Part shown: positions 26,266-36,046 of the stretch, in pieces | Layout of the letters: each line of letters opens with the position of its first letter | How positions within the stretch are numbered: the stretch's first letter is position 1 | DNA from: Proteobacteria bacterium UBA6522 | GTDB lineage: Bacteria > Pseudomonadota > Gammaproteobacteria > Steroidobacterales > Rariloculaceae | Direction of reading: 5' to 3' | NCBI GenBank assembly: GCA_002434915.1 | Contig: DJLG01000110.1 | Coordinates: 1,868-47,336, forward strand | Length of the DNA: 45,469 nt | Translations under genes and position numbers: made by a program | The notes under the pieces: generated by a model | The model's input: the letters and a program-made list of their open reading frames with translations, nothing else | Databases searched by the model: none | Told to the model about the DNA's origin: nothing

Positions 26266-27312
26266 ATGCCACAAACAGGGAGTAGGGCCTTCGAGCTCGC
26301 AGAGCAAGGACTTTTACCCGATATGGTTATTCGGTTAGGGATACGTCGACTATTGAAAGCAAGGCTGATTGAGATAGGAGAGCAAGACTGCGAAAGTATG
26401 ATCTTTGATCAGCAACGCTTCATAGAGATGATGAATGCTAGTGAAATTGCGCCAGTACCTCATTTGGCCAATGAGCAGCATTATGAAGTGCCAGCTGAGT
26501 TTTTTAAATTAGTCCTTGGAGGACGTTTGAAATATAGCTGTGGATATTGGCCTAAAGATGAGATGACATTGGAAGAAGCGGAATCTGCCGCACTGAAGGT
26601 AACAGCGGAGCGAGCACTTTTAAAAAATGGCCAGACAATTTTAGATCTTGGTTGTGGTTGGGGTTCTTTTAGCTTGTGGGCAGCAGAGAATTATCCGGAC
26701 AGTTCCATTACTGCGGTATCTAATTCCAGTGCTCAGCGGGTTGCAATTGAGGCTGAGATAGAACGACGTAATCTCAAAAATTTAACTGTTCTTACACAGG
26801 ATATGAATGAGTTTGAACCAGTGACTAAGTTTGATCGAATTCTCTCAATAGAAATGTTTGAGCATATGAGAAATTACAGATTATTTTTTAATCGTATTTC
26901 TAAATGGTTAAATCCTGAAGGACGATTTTTTATGCATATCTTTTGTCATCGATCTACTGCATATGAGTTTGTTGATAGTGGTCCAAGTGACTGGATGACT
27001 AGACACTTTTTTTCAGGAGGGATAATGCCAAGCGATGATTTGCCCCTTAGGTTTCAAGAGGACCTTACTTTATGTGGAAAGTGGCGTTGGGATGGTAATC
27101 ATTATAAAAAAACAGCAAATGCTTGGTTGCAAAATATGGACTCTCAGCAAAGTGAAGTTATGCCTGTCATGTGTTCAACATATGGTGAAAAATTGTCAAG
27201 CAAGTGGTGGATGCGTTGGAGAATATTTTTTATGGCTTGCTCTGAATTGTTCGGTTATGAAAAGGGGCAGCAATGGTGGGTAGGCCACTATTTATTTAAA
27301 CGCGCTAATTGA
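26266..27312 (+). CDS. Cyclopropane-fatty-acyl-phospholipid-synthase-family SAM methyltransferase (paralog 1)
   Basis: It has the SAM motif ILDLGCGWGSF and a CMAS-like N-terminus (HYEVPAEFFKLVLGGRLKYSCGYW). Confidence 0.85.
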   Translation: MPQTGSRAFELAEQGLLPDMVIRLGIRRLLKARLIEIGEQDCESMIFDQQRFIEMMNASEIAPVPHLANEQHYEVPAEFFKLVLGGRLKYSCGYWPKDEMTLEEAESAALKVTAERALLKNGQTILDLGCGWGSFSLWAAENYPDSSITAVSNSSAQRVAIEAEIERRNLKNLTVLTQDMNEFEPVTKFDRILSIEMFEHMRNYRLFFNRISKWLNPEGRFFMHIFCHRSTAYEFVDSGPSDWMTRHFFSGGIMPSDDLPLRFQEDLTLCGKWRWDGNHYKKTANAWLQNMDSQQSEVMPVMCSTYGEKLSSKWWMRWRIFFMACSELFGYEKGQQWWVGHYLFKRAN

Positions 27313-27357
27313 TGCTGATTACTGCTACGACTAATAGGCAAAAAATATATTTTTCAA

Positions 27358-27900
27358 ATGCGTTTTTATCTTAATCTTGTTGCTTTTCAGATAGGTTGGT
27401 TTGCATGTGTTTTTGGTGCGGCACATTCCATTCCTGTATTAGGGCCTATGGTGGTATTAGTAGTGATTGCGTTGCATTTGTTTTTATCAAAAAGGCCATA
27501 TAGAGAGTTAAGTCTCATAGGTATAGCAGGATTAATAGGTCTTTCATGGGATAGTTTTCTTGTAATAGCCGGTCTTGTAGCCTATCCGTCAGGTATGATT
27601 ATTGATAGTTTGGCTCCGTATTGGATAATCGCAATGTGGATGCTATTTGCTACTACACTTAATGTTTGTCTGCGATGGTTAAGAAAAAAGTACTTACTGA
27701 GTCTAGTTCTTGGTGCATTTATGGGCCCATTAACCTATTATTCTGGCGCAAAAATTGGAGGAATAAGTCTTTTAAATCAGATGGATAGCTTAATTTCGAT
27801 AGGGCTAGGATGGGCAGTGATATTACCCCTGCTAAGTGAGCTTTCTAGAAGATTAGATGGTTCCGGTATTCCTGAGGGCTTTAATCACCCCAATGTTTGA
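27358..27900 (+). CDS. DUF2878-like small membrane protein
   Basis: The N-terminus (LVAFQIGWFACVFGAA), about 5 TM segments, and its position in the conserved CFA/DUF1365 cluster support the call. Confidence 0.6.
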   Translation: MRFYLNLVAFQIGWFACVFGAAHSIPVLGPMVVLVVIALHLFLSKRPYRELSLIGIAGLIGLSWDSFLVIAGLVAYPSGMIIDSLAPYWIIAMWMLFATTLNVCLRWLRKKYLLSLVLGAFMGPLTYYSGAKIGGISLLNQMDSLISIGLGWAVILPLLSELSRRLDGSGIPEGFNHPNV

Positions 27901-28663
27901 TTCTTACCTTTTGGCATTAGCAATTGTGATGAGCTTTGCCGTATTGGCATGGGGTGTGAGCCTACGGTTACGAGATGTCAGTATTGTAGATAGCATTTGG
28001 TCGTTAATGATAGCGGCCACATCAATAGCTTATTTTGCTCTAACCCCTCAAGTAGAGCCTAGAGGTTATATCGTTTTATTTCTTGTATGGATTTGGGGTA
28101 TTCGTTTATCTGTTTACCTCACCTGGAGAAACTGGGGCCTAGAGGAGGATTCCCGCTATAAAGAAATTCGAAAGAATAATGAGCCTAACTTTGAGGTAAA
28201 GAGTCTCTATATTATTTTTGGTTTACAGGCTTTTGCAGCATCAATTGTTTCTTTATCACTACTTGCTGGAATTGCTAGTCGGTCAGCGCTCGGATGGCTT
28301 GATTTGTTAGGACTCTTACTATGGGTTATTGGTTTTCTTTTTGAAAGTATTAGTGATCATCAACTCAGTCAGTTTCAATCTGATACAAACAATAAAAATC
28401 AGGTTCTTGATAAAGGGTTATGGAAGTACACTCGTCATCCAAACTACTTTGGAGATTTTTGTATTTGGTGGGGATTTTATTTGTTTGCTCTAAGCGCAGA
28501 AAGTTGGTGGGCTATTATTTCTCCATTACTTATGAGCTTTTTATTGTTAAGATTTTCTGGAGTAGCTGTTCTTGAAAAAACTATCAAGGCGCGTCGTCCC
28601 GCATATGTAGAGTATGTGAATTCTACAAATACATTTTTCCCTGGTCCTAGAAAAAAACCATAA
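27893..28663 (+). CDS. DUF1295 membrane protein (steroid 5-alpha-reductase/ICMT-like fold)
   Basis: It contains LWKYTRHPNYFGDFCIWWGFYL. The ATG at 27893 overlaps the previous stop by 8 nt. Confidence 0.75.
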   Translation: MFDSYLLALAIVMSFAVLAWGVSLRLRDVSIVDSIWSLMIAATSIAYFALTPQVEPRGYIVLFLVWIWGIRLSVYLTWRNWGLEEDSRYKEIRKNNEPNFEVKSLYIIFGLQAFAASIVSLSLLAGIASRSALGWLDLLGLLLWVIGFLFESISDHQLSQFQSDTNNKNQVLDKGLWKYTRHPNYFGDFCIWWGFYLFALSAESWWAIISPLLMSFLLLRFSGVAVLEKTIKARRPAYVEYVNSTNTFFPGPRKKP

Positions 28664-28670
28664 ACTTGAT

Positions 28671-29912
28671 ATGAAAATTGCAATAATCGGAGCTGGAGTT
28701 TCCGGTAATACTGTTGCCTATCGACTGCATGAAAAGCATGACATAACAATATTTGAGGCTGAAGATTATATTGGTGGGCATGTAAATACTATTGATGTAG
28801 TTGAAGATGAGTCTGTAATCTCAGTTGATACTGGTTTTATCGTTTTTAACGATCGTACTTATCCCCAATTTACTTCGATTCTTAAAGACCTGGCCGTACC
28901 TTCTCAGGCGAGTGAGATGAGTTTTAGTGTGAGTTGTGAAAGTTCAGGGCTTGAATATAACGGCGCTAATTTTAATAAACTTTTTTGCCAGAGAAGTAAT
29001 TTTTTTCGATGGTCCTTTTATCAGATGATTTATGACATATTACGTTTTAATCATTTTGCGCCACGCGATTTAGTAGATGCAGATGCTAGTACGTTGCTCT
29101 GTGATTATTTAGATAAAAACGATTACTCTCCGCAATTCATAAACCAATATCTATTGCCGATGTGTGCTGCTATATGGTCTGCGGATCCTATGGCCATTGA
29201 GAAAGCTCCACTAATTTTTCTAGTTCGTTTTATGGAAAATCATGGCTTGTTAAGTATTAATAACCGTCCCCAATGGGGAGTAATAAAAGGAGGGTCAAAA
29301 AACTATATTAATCAAATGGCTAGTGCATATTCTTCTAAGATTAGATTGTCTACTCATGTCCAATGGGTTAAGCGATATCCAGGTTTTATAGAGATAAAAG
29401 CATCTGGAAGTGAGGTGCAACGGTTTGATGAGGTATTTTTAGCCTGTCACAGTGATCAAGCTTTACAACTATTAGCTGACCCTTCTCCTCTTGAAAAAGA
29501 GATTTTAGGAGCTATTAATTATCAATCTAATGAAGCGATTCTTCATACAGATGATTTGATTTTGCCAAGACGTAAATTAGCATGGGCAGCTTGGAACTAT
29601 TACATTCCAAAAGAACATGATGGTTCTGCATCTGTTACATACAATATGAATATTCTTCAAGGTTTAAAGTCTAAAAACATCTATTGTGTGACACTGAATG
29701 ATTCTGAAAGAATTCGACCGGATAAGATTATCAAAAGAATTATTTACCATCATCCAGTATTTACACAGGCAAGCATGGCAGCCCAGAAACGTCATAAAGA
29801 GATAAGCGGGGTTAATAGAACCTATTACTGTGGGGCTTATTGGGGAAATGGTTTTCATGAGGATGGTGTTGTAAGTGCTCTATCTGCCATAGAAGGTTTC
29901 GAGGAAAAATAA
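28671..29912 (+). CDS. FAD-dependent oxidoreductase (amine-oxidase/phytoene-desaturase-like)
   Basis: It has the N-terminal dinucleotide motif KIAIIGAGVSGN and the C-terminal pattern YYCGAYWGNGFHEDGV. Confidence 0.85.
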   Translation: MKIAIIGAGVSGNTVAYRLHEKHDITIFEAEDYIGGHVNTIDVVEDESVISVDTGFIVFNDRTYPQFTSILKDLAVPSQASEMSFSVSCESSGLEYNGANFNKLFCQRSNFFRWSFYQMIYDILRFNHFAPRDLVDADASTLLCDYLDKNDYSPQFINQYLLPMCAAIWSADPMAIEKAPLIFLVRFMENHGLLSINNRPQWGVIKGGSKNYINQMASAYSSKIRLSTHVQWVKRYPGFIEIKASGSEVQRFDEVFLACHSDQALQLLADPSPLEKEILGAINYQSNEAILHTDDLILPRRKLAWAAWNYYIPKEHDGSASVTYNMNILQGLKSKNIYCVTLNDSERIRPDKIIKRIIYHHPVFTQASMAAQKRHKEISGVNRTYYCGAYWGNGFHEDGVVSALSAIEGFEEK

Positions 29913-29916
29913 GGGC

Positions 29917-30687
29917 ATGGAAAGTTGTATTTTTGAAGGTCATATTAAGCACCATCGCTACTCGCCTGTTAGTCATGAATTTAAGTATCGCTTGTTCATG
30001 ATGTACATTGATTTAAACGAATTAGAGGACATATTTTGTGGACGATGGCTATGGTCATCTCATGGACTAGCACTTGCACAGTTTAGACGTAGTGATCACC
30101 TTGGCGATCCAGAACAGCCTTTAGACGAATCTGTTCGTGACCTAGTGGAGAAGAAAACTGGTCATCGACCTAGTGGGCCAATCCGATTATTAACACAGTT
30201 AAGTTATCTTGGTTATGGGTTCAGTCCAGTATGCTTTTACTATTGTTTTGATTCTTTAGGTAGGGATGTGGAGACGATTATTACCGAGGTAAATAATACG
30301 CCATGGGGAGAAAAGTATTGTTATGTATTATCAGATCCCACTAAAACTCAGAAAAATAATTTAAAATATTTCGAGCTTAGTAAAGATTTTCATGTTTCAC
30401 CTTTCATGGCGATGGATCTGGATTATGAGTGGAAGTTTTCTGATCCGTCGGAACGTATTTTTATACATATGAAGAATATAAAAAACGGAGATGCATTTTT
30501 TGAGGCTATATTGAGTCTCGGTAGATCTGAAATAACTGGACGATCATTAGCACGTTTGCTCATAGTTTATCCCCTAATTACGATAAAATTAGTTATAGGC
30601 ATTTATTGGCAAGCATTGCGTTTATGGTTGAAGAGATGCCCAGTTCATGATCACCCTAATAAGAGTAAAGTTATAACGGCTAAGTAA
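29917..30687 (+). CDS. DUF1365 protein
   Basis: The N-terminus (IFEGHIKHHRYSPVSHEFKYRLFMMYIDLNEL) is typical of DUF1365. It sits between the FAD oxidoreductase and a CFA synthase. Confidence 0.75.
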   Translation: MESCIFEGHIKHHRYSPVSHEFKYRLFMMYIDLNELEDIFCGRWLWSSHGLALAQFRRSDHLGDPEQPLDESVRDLVEKKTGHRPSGPIRLLTQLSYLGYGFSPVCFYYCFDSLGRDVETIITEVNNTPWGEKYCYVLSDPTKTQKNNLKYFELSKDFHVSPFMAMDLDYEWKFSDPSERIFIHMKNIKNGDAFFEAILSLGRSEITGRSLARLLIVYPLITIKLVIGIYWQALRLWLKRCPVHDHPNKSKVITAK

Positions 30688-31976
30688 TGAAAAATTCAAT
30701 ATCTCATAGTTCTAATGATGGTTCTTTTGGCAAAAGTAAACTACCATTTTTTTCGGGGTTTTCTCGTAGGCTTGTGCATCATCGTCTCGGGAGCTTAACG
30801 ACGGATCGGTTAATAATTACTGAGGGAGATAGATCCTGGGAATTTGGTAGTTCAGATAACAATATTGAAAATATAGCAAAGATTTTTGTACATGATTCCC
30901 GTTGCTATAGAGATGTTGCGTTTGGTGGAACTGTTGGTGCTGGTGAGGCCTATATGAAAGGCTATTGGAGCACAGATGATTTAACTAACGTGGTTCGTGT
31001 TTTGCTAAGAAACAGAAAGTTATTAAATAATATGGAGACAGGATTAGCTCGTTTTTCTGAGCCTGCCAACAAAATTTTCCATTGGTTGAATCATAATAGT
31101 AAATCGGGTAGCAGAAAAAATATTTCTGCTCATTATGATTTGGGGAATGATTTTTTCCGTCTCTGGCTTGATGATTCACTAATGTATTCTTCAGCTATTT
31201 TTGAAACTCCTCGTATGACGTTAGAAGAAGCTTCTCTAACAAAAATGAGAAGGATTTGTGAAAAACTGGAATTATCCTCTTCTGATAAAGTGCTTGAAAT
31301 TGGTGCTGGATGGGGAGGTTTAGCGGTTTATGCGGCAAAAAAATACGGGTGCCAGGTAACTACTACTACCATTTCTCAAGAGCAATATAGCTTTGCATTA
31401 AATCGAGTAAAAGAAGAAGGGCTAGAGGATTATGTTACTGTTTTAAAAAAAGATTATAGGGATTTAGAAGGTCAGTTTGATAAGCTAGTTTCTGTTGAGA
31501 TGTTAGAGGCTATAGGGCATGAATTTATAGATACTTATTTTGAAAAATGTAATAGCCTTCTAAAATCAGATGGCATGATGTTGCTTCAGACCATTACTAT
31601 TGCTCATTCAGAATATGAGCGCGCTAAACAGTCTGTTGACTTTATCCAGAGATATATATTTCCTGGTGGATGTTTATCTTCAGTTCAAGTTTTAAAAAAT
31701 TCAGTAACTCGTGTTCCTAACTTGATTCTTCATCATCTTGAGGAAATCGGTCTTGATTATGCAATGACAATAAGGCATTGGAGGCAACGAATGTTTGAAA
31801 AAATTTCAGATATTCGATCTCTTGGTTATTCAGAAGAATTTATTAGAATGTGGGAGTTCTATTTTTGTTATTGTGAGGGTGGTTTTGTTGAGCGCGCAAT
31901 TGGGGATGTGCAACTTCTTTTGGTTAAGCCTGAGAGCAAGCCAAATATAAATTTTGCTGTTTCAGCATCAGTTTAA
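30687..31976 (+). CDS. Cyclopropane-fatty-acyl-phospholipid synthase family methyltransferase (paralog 2)
   Basis: It contains HYDLGNDFFRLWLD, the SAM motif VLEIGAGWGG and VEMLEAIGHE. Its start overlaps the previous stop by 1 nt. Confidence 0.85.
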   Translation: MKNSISHSSNDGSFGKSKLPFFSGFSRRLVHHRLGSLTTDRLIITEGDRSWEFGSSDNNIENIAKIFVHDSRCYRDVAFGGTVGAGEAYMKGYWSTDDLTNVVRVLLRNRKLLNNMETGLARFSEPANKIFHWLNHNSKSGSRKNISAHYDLGNDFFRLWLDDSLMYSSAIFETPRMTLEEASLTKMRRICEKLELSSSDKVLEIGAGWGGLAVYAAKKYGCQVTTTTISQEQYSFALNRVKEEGLEDYVTVLKKDYRDLEGQFDKLVSVEMLEAIGHEFIDTYFEKCNSLLKSDGMMLLQTITIAHSEYERAKQSVDFIQRYIFPGGCLSSVQVLKNSVTRVPNLILHHLEEIGLDYAMTIRHWRQRMFEKISDIRSLGYSEEFIRMWEFYFCYCEGGFVERAIGDVQLLLVKPESKPNINFAVSASV

Positions 31977-32006
31977 GATTAACTGTAGAAAGGTATAGGT
32001 AATTGC

Positions 32007-33446
32007 GTGTTAGATAATAGACAGTTCTATATTAACGGTGAATGGTGTTCTCCATCTAAGGTTAATGATTTTGAGGTAATTGATCCTTCAACAGAGAATG
32101 TTGTTAGTGTTATTTCTTTGGGTGGTTTATCTGATACTAATGATGCTGTATCGGCAGCTAATGCGGCCTTTGAGGGATGGTCTCAGTCAGCTAAGCAGGA
32201 TAGGGTCGAATTACTAAAGAAAATACTTAATATTTATAAGCAAAGATCTGAAGATATAGCACAAGCTATTAGCCTTGAAATGGGGGCTCCTATCGATATG
32301 GCAAGAACTCAGCAGGTTGGCGCAGGTATGAGAAACATTGAGGGGTTTTTGTCTGCTTTAGAAAGTTTTGAGTTTGAGAGTAGCCTTGGAGAACATGCAC
32401 CTGAAGATAGAATAATTTTTGAGGCAATTGGTGTTTGTGGCTTGATTACGCCATGGAATTGGCCAATGAATCAAATGACTTTAAAAGTGATACCAGCTTT
32501 GGCAGCGGGTTGTACGATGGTTCTTAAACCATCAGAAATAGCGCCTTTATCAGGCATGATACTTGCTGAAATTATGCATGATTCTGGGACCCCAGCTGGT
32601 GTATTTAACCTAGTCAATGGTGATGGTATAGGTGTAGGGACCCAACTTAGCTCACATCCAAATGTAGATATGATTTCTTTTACCGGCTCTACACGAGCAG
32701 GGTCAGATATTTCTAAAAATGCTGCCTCAACATATAAGCGTGTTCATTTAGAACTTGGCGGGAAAGGCGCAAATATTATTTTTGCTGATGCTGATGAAAA
32801 AGCTATAAAACGTGGTGTATTACATTGTTTTAATAACACTGGACAGTCGTGTAATGCCCCGACGCGTATGCTAGTGGAACGAAATCTTTATGATGATGCT
32901 ATTGCTATGGCTACTGATATTGCTGATTCCTATGCCGTCGGGCCGGCTTCTGAAGAGGGTAGGCATGCTGGGCCTGTAGTTAGTCAAATTCAGTTTGAAA
33001 AAATACAAAATTGTATAAAAAAAGGTATTGATGAGGGTGCACGACTGGTTGCGGGAGGATTAGGATTGCCAGAAGGAATGGACTATGGGTATTTTGTAAG
33101 ACCTACAGTATTTTGTGATGTTTCGAATGATATGAGTATTGCTCAAGAAGAAATTTTTGGTCCAGTCTTATCGATTATTCCTTTTGACACCGAAGAGGAG
33201 GCTGTTCGTATTGCAAATGATAGTCCTTATGGACTTACAAATTATATTCAAAGTGTAGATGGTGCTAAGCGAAATCGTGTGGCTCGCCGACTTCGATCTG
33301 GAATGGTTGAAATGAATGGGAAACCACGCAGTATGGGTAGCCCATTTGGTGGGATGAAGGCGTCAGGAAATGGCCGTGAAGGCGGTGTCTGGGGTATTGA
33401 AGAGTATCTTGAAACCAAAGCTATTAGTGGTTGGTCAGATAGCTAA
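32007..33446 (+). CDS. NAD(P)+-dependent aldehyde dehydrogenase
   Basis: It has ELGGKG, the catalytic Cys context NTGQSCNAPTR, and EEIFGPV. Confidence 0.9.
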   Translation: MLDNRQFYINGEWCSPSKVNDFEVIDPSTENVVSVISLGGLSDTNDAVSAANAAFEGWSQSAKQDRVELLKKILNIYKQRSEDIAQAISLEMGAPIDMARTQQVGAGMRNIEGFLSALESFEFESSLGEHAPEDRIIFEAIGVCGLITPWNWPMNQMTLKVIPALAAGCTMVLKPSEIAPLSGMILAEIMHDSGTPAGVFNLVNGDGIGVGTQLSSHPNVDMISFTGSTRAGSDISKNAASTYKRVHLELGGKGANIIFADADEKAIKRGVLHCFNNTGQSCNAPTRMLVERNLYDDAIAMATDIADSYAVGPASEEGRHAGPVVSQIQFEKIQNCIKKGIDEGARLVAGGLGLPEGMDYGYFVRPTVFCDVSNDMSIAQEEIFGPVLSIIPFDTEEEAVRIANDSPYGLTNYIQSVDGAKRNRVARRLRSGMVEMNGKPRSMGSPFGGMKASGNGREGGVWGIEEYLETKAISGWSDS

Positions 33447-33453
33447 GGCAAAG

Positions 33454-33918
33454 ATGTTAGGTAAGGTTAAGATAAAAGATCTTCCAAACCTCATTGGTAT
33501 AGAGATGGAGCCCTCTGCTTGGGTAAAAATCACACAAAATAGAGTTAATCTATTTGCTGAAGCGACTAATGATTTTCAGTTTATCCATGTCAACCCAGAA
33601 AGAGCTGCCAAAACGGACTTTGGAGGCCCGATAGTTCATGGATTCTTGCTGTTATCATTGTTACCTGAATTAAATTCGCAGCATTCCATTACTCCTGAGA
33701 ATCTTTTGATGAGCATTAATTATGGTTCAGATAAGGTTCGTTACTTGACGCCAGTACACGTGGGAAAACGTATCCGATCACTACAGAAAATAATAGATGT
33801 TAAACAAAAACAATCAGATCGGTGGCTTATTAAAAAAGATATAAAAGTTGAAATAGAGGGTGAAGAAAAACTTGCGCTTATAGCCGAGATGCTACAAATG
33901 TTAATTGTTAAACCGTAA
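33454..33918 (+). CDS. MaoC-like (R)-hydratase/dehydratase hot-dog protein
   Basis: It contains DFQFIHVNPERAAKTDFGGPIVHGFLLLSLL. The ATG at 33454 lies just after the ALDH stop. Confidence 0.8.
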   Translation: MLGKVKIKDLPNLIGIEMEPSAWVKITQNRVNLFAEATNDFQFIHVNPERAAKTDFGGPIVHGFLLLSLLPELNSQHSITPENLLMSINYGSDKVRYLTPVHVGKRIRSLQKIIDVKQKQSDRWLIKKDIKVEIEGEEKLALIAEMLQMLIVKP

Positions 33919-33957
33919 TGATTCATCTAGTTTAGTGTTCTGATTTTGGAGAAAAAT

Positions 33958-34275
33958 ATGTCAAATTCCCCCGTTTATGTTTTAGCTAATTTAGTTATAA
34001 AAAATTCTGAGCGTTATAGGGAGTATGAAAAAGGTTTTTTTCCTTTATTAAAGCGTCATGAAGGGAAATTAATAACCTTTGATGACAATAGTATCGAATT
34101 AGAGAAAGGTGAAGTCGGTCTTTCAGGACGTTTTGTTCTCTTCTCTTTTCCATCTGAAGAAAAAGCAAGCCAGTGGTATGAAGATCCAGAATATCGAGTA
34201 TTATCAGAACATCGGCATGCTTCTACAGAAACACAATTTCTTAGGTTAATTCATGGTATGCCCTCAAGAAAATAA
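33958..34275 (+). CDS. DUF1330 domain protein
   Basis: It contains VYVLANLVIKNSERYREYEKG...RFVLFSFPSEEKASQWYEDPEY. The ATG at 33958 follows TGGAG. Confidence 0.7.
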   Translation: MSNSPVYVLANLVIKNSERYREYEKGFFPLLKRHEGKLITFDDNSIELEKGEVGLSGRFVLFSFPSEEKASQWYEDPEYRVLSEHRHASTETQFLRLIHGMPSRK

Positions 34276-34382
34276 GTGGTTATGTGCTGATAGTTAGTTC
34301 CGTAGATAACCGCGTTATTAGGGTTATATGTCTATAATTAAGTCATGCATATTTGTATGCCTTTCTGGGGAGGGCGCAGAAA

Positions 34383-35795
34383 ATGTCTGAAACAATAATA
34401 AAAAGTTCCGATACACCTAGTTCAGAATCAGAACAGTCTATTCTTAAGGTATCGCTGAGTGCGATGGCTGGTACAACAATAGAATGGTATGACTTTTTTC
34501 TTTATGGAACGGCTGCTGCATTAGTGTTTCCTACAGTGTTTTTTCCAGAAGACCTTCCTCCCCTGGTTGCCTTATTTGCCTCATTCAGCACTTTTGCAGT
34601 TGGTTTTATAGCTCGACCAGTAGGGGGCATAATTTTTGGACACTATGGGGATCGTCTTGGACGAAAACGAGCTCTAGTAATTGCCTTGGTAATGATGGGG
34701 CTTGGTACTACTTTAATCGGTTTTTTGCCTACATATGCTGTAGCGGGAGCTGCGGCCCCTGTAGCGCTTATTATTCTGCGTTTTGTACAAGGATTGGCAA
34801 TCGGTGGCCAGTGGGGCGGTGCTGTTTTATTAATCACGGAAACTGCACCTAAGCATAGAAGGGGTTTTTACGGTAGCTTTGCACAAATAGGCGTTCCTGT
34901 GGGAGTGGTGATTGCGAACCTTGCCTTTTTGCTAATCAACGCTAGTGTGTCTCCAGAATCATTTATGACGTGGGGATGGAGGGTGCCCTTTTTGCTGAGC
35001 ATATTCCTGATTTTCTTGGCTCTATACATTCAACTTCGTATTGAGGATAGCCCAGCATTTCGTAAATTACAGGTAATAAAAGAGCGCCAGGATGTATTGG
35101 CTGTTCAAGAGCGTGCAGAAAGCCAAGGTGAAAGTAAGGAGGTGGCTGAGGCGGCTATGACCTCCCAACGTCAATCATCACCCGTACTCGAGGCTATCAG
35201 ACTTTACCCCAAGACAATTTTACTAGCAGCAGGTGCATTTTTAGCGGTTCAGGTTACTTTCTATATTTTAATTGCGTTCGTAATTGCATATGGGTCAAAC
35301 CCAGCAGGCCTTGGGTTACCTCGAAGTACTATGTTAGCTGCAGTGCTCATTTCAAATGCTCTCATGCCACCTGCCCTTTTGTTATCAGCACACTTTTCCG
35401 ATTTGAGAGGGCGGCGAGGTATTTATATAACAGGTGCTGTGTTGCTCAGTATTTGGGGATTTATTCTTTTTCCTATGATTGATACAGGATCATTCTTGTG
35501 GATTACAGTAGGAATCACGATAGGTATGTTTTTTCTTTCTATGATGTATGGTCCGCAGGCTGCATTTTTAGCAGAGCTATTTACTACAAAGGTGCGATAT
35601 TCAGGAGCTTCTCTTGGGTATCAGCTAGGTGCAGTAATAGGTGGTGGTTTTGCACCGCTTATTGCTACAGCTTTATTCGCTGCGTTTGGTGGAACATTTG
35701 CTATATCCGTTTATATAGCAGTTGCATGTGCTATCACTGTGATTTGTGTTCTCCTCCTTCAGGAGACTTATAAGTCAAATCTAACAGAACCCTAG
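34383..35795 (+). CDS. MFS transporter, metabolite:H+ symporter (MHS) type
   Basis: The GTTIEWYDFFLYGTAAALVF signature, GDRLGRKR, and a 12-TM layout with a long central loop support the call. Confidence 0.85.
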   Translation: MSETIIKSSDTPSSESEQSILKVSLSAMAGTTIEWYDFFLYGTAAALVFPTVFFPEDLPPLVALFASFSTFAVGFIARPVGGIIFGHYGDRLGRKRALVIALVMMGLGTTLIGFLPTYAVAGAAAPVALIILRFVQGLAIGGQWGGAVLLITETAPKHRRGFYGSFAQIGVPVGVVIANLAFLLINASVSPESFMTWGWRVPFLLSIFLIFLALYIQLRIEDSPAFRKLQVIKERQDVLAVQERAESQGESKEVAEAAMTSQRQSSPVLEAIRLYPKTILLAAGAFLAVQVTFYILIAFVIAYGSNPAGLGLPRSTMLAAVLISNALMPPALLLSAHFSDLRGRRGIYITGAVLLSIWGFILFPMIDTGSFLWITVGITIGMFFLSMMYGPQAAFLAELFTTKVRYSGASLGYQLGAVIGGGFAPLIATALFAAFGGTFAISVYIAVACAITVICVLLLQETYKSNLTEP

Positions 35796-35825
35796 TAGGG
35801 TATAGCGCAAGATCTAAGTAGTGAA

Positions 35826-35996
35826 CTATTTGTTCAGTATTAACCTTCCCGCTTTAGTTTCCCTCAGTATGTAGCGTTCGCCTCGATGAAGGATTTCAAC
35901 GCGTTTTTTAGTTTGTAGCAAATCTTTGCTTTGATACACCCTCACATCATTTATGCTTTCAGTGGGGGTGGTTTTTGACTTGATAGTATTACTCAT
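35826..35996 (-). CDS. hemP: HemP/HmuP-like hemin uptake protein (56 aa; absent from the supplied ORF track)
   Basis: My manual translation is MSNTIKSKTTPTESINDVRVYQSKDLLQTKKRVEILHRGERYILRETKAGRLILNK. The C-terminal pattern (H-x-G-x-x-Y-x-L-R-x-T-x-x-G-(K/R)-L-I-L-x-K) is the HemP signature. A Fur-like box lies 32 nt upstream. Confidence 0.7.
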   Translation of the reverse strand: MSNTIKSKTTPTESINDVRVYQSKDLLQTKKRVEILHRGERYILRETKAGRLILNK

Positions 35997-36014
35997 ATTT
36001 ACGAGACTATCTTG

Positions 36015-36042
36015 TTGACATCTAAATGTAAATGAGTATCAT
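36015..36042 (+). promoter_or_regulatory. Candidate sigma70 promoter (TTGACA-N16-TATCAT) facing the 36182 operon
   Basis: TTGACA lies at 36015-36020 and TATCAT at 36037-36042. It sits about 140 nt upstream of the CDS, which is a long leader. Confidence 0.3.
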
Positions 36043-36046
36043 TCGC
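36028..36046. promoter_or_regulatory. Fur-box-like operator in a divergent promoter region
   Basis: The sequence gtaaatgagtatcattcgc matches 13 of 19 positions of GATAATGATAATCATTATC by my count. It overlaps candidate -10 elements on both strands. Confidence 0.4.
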
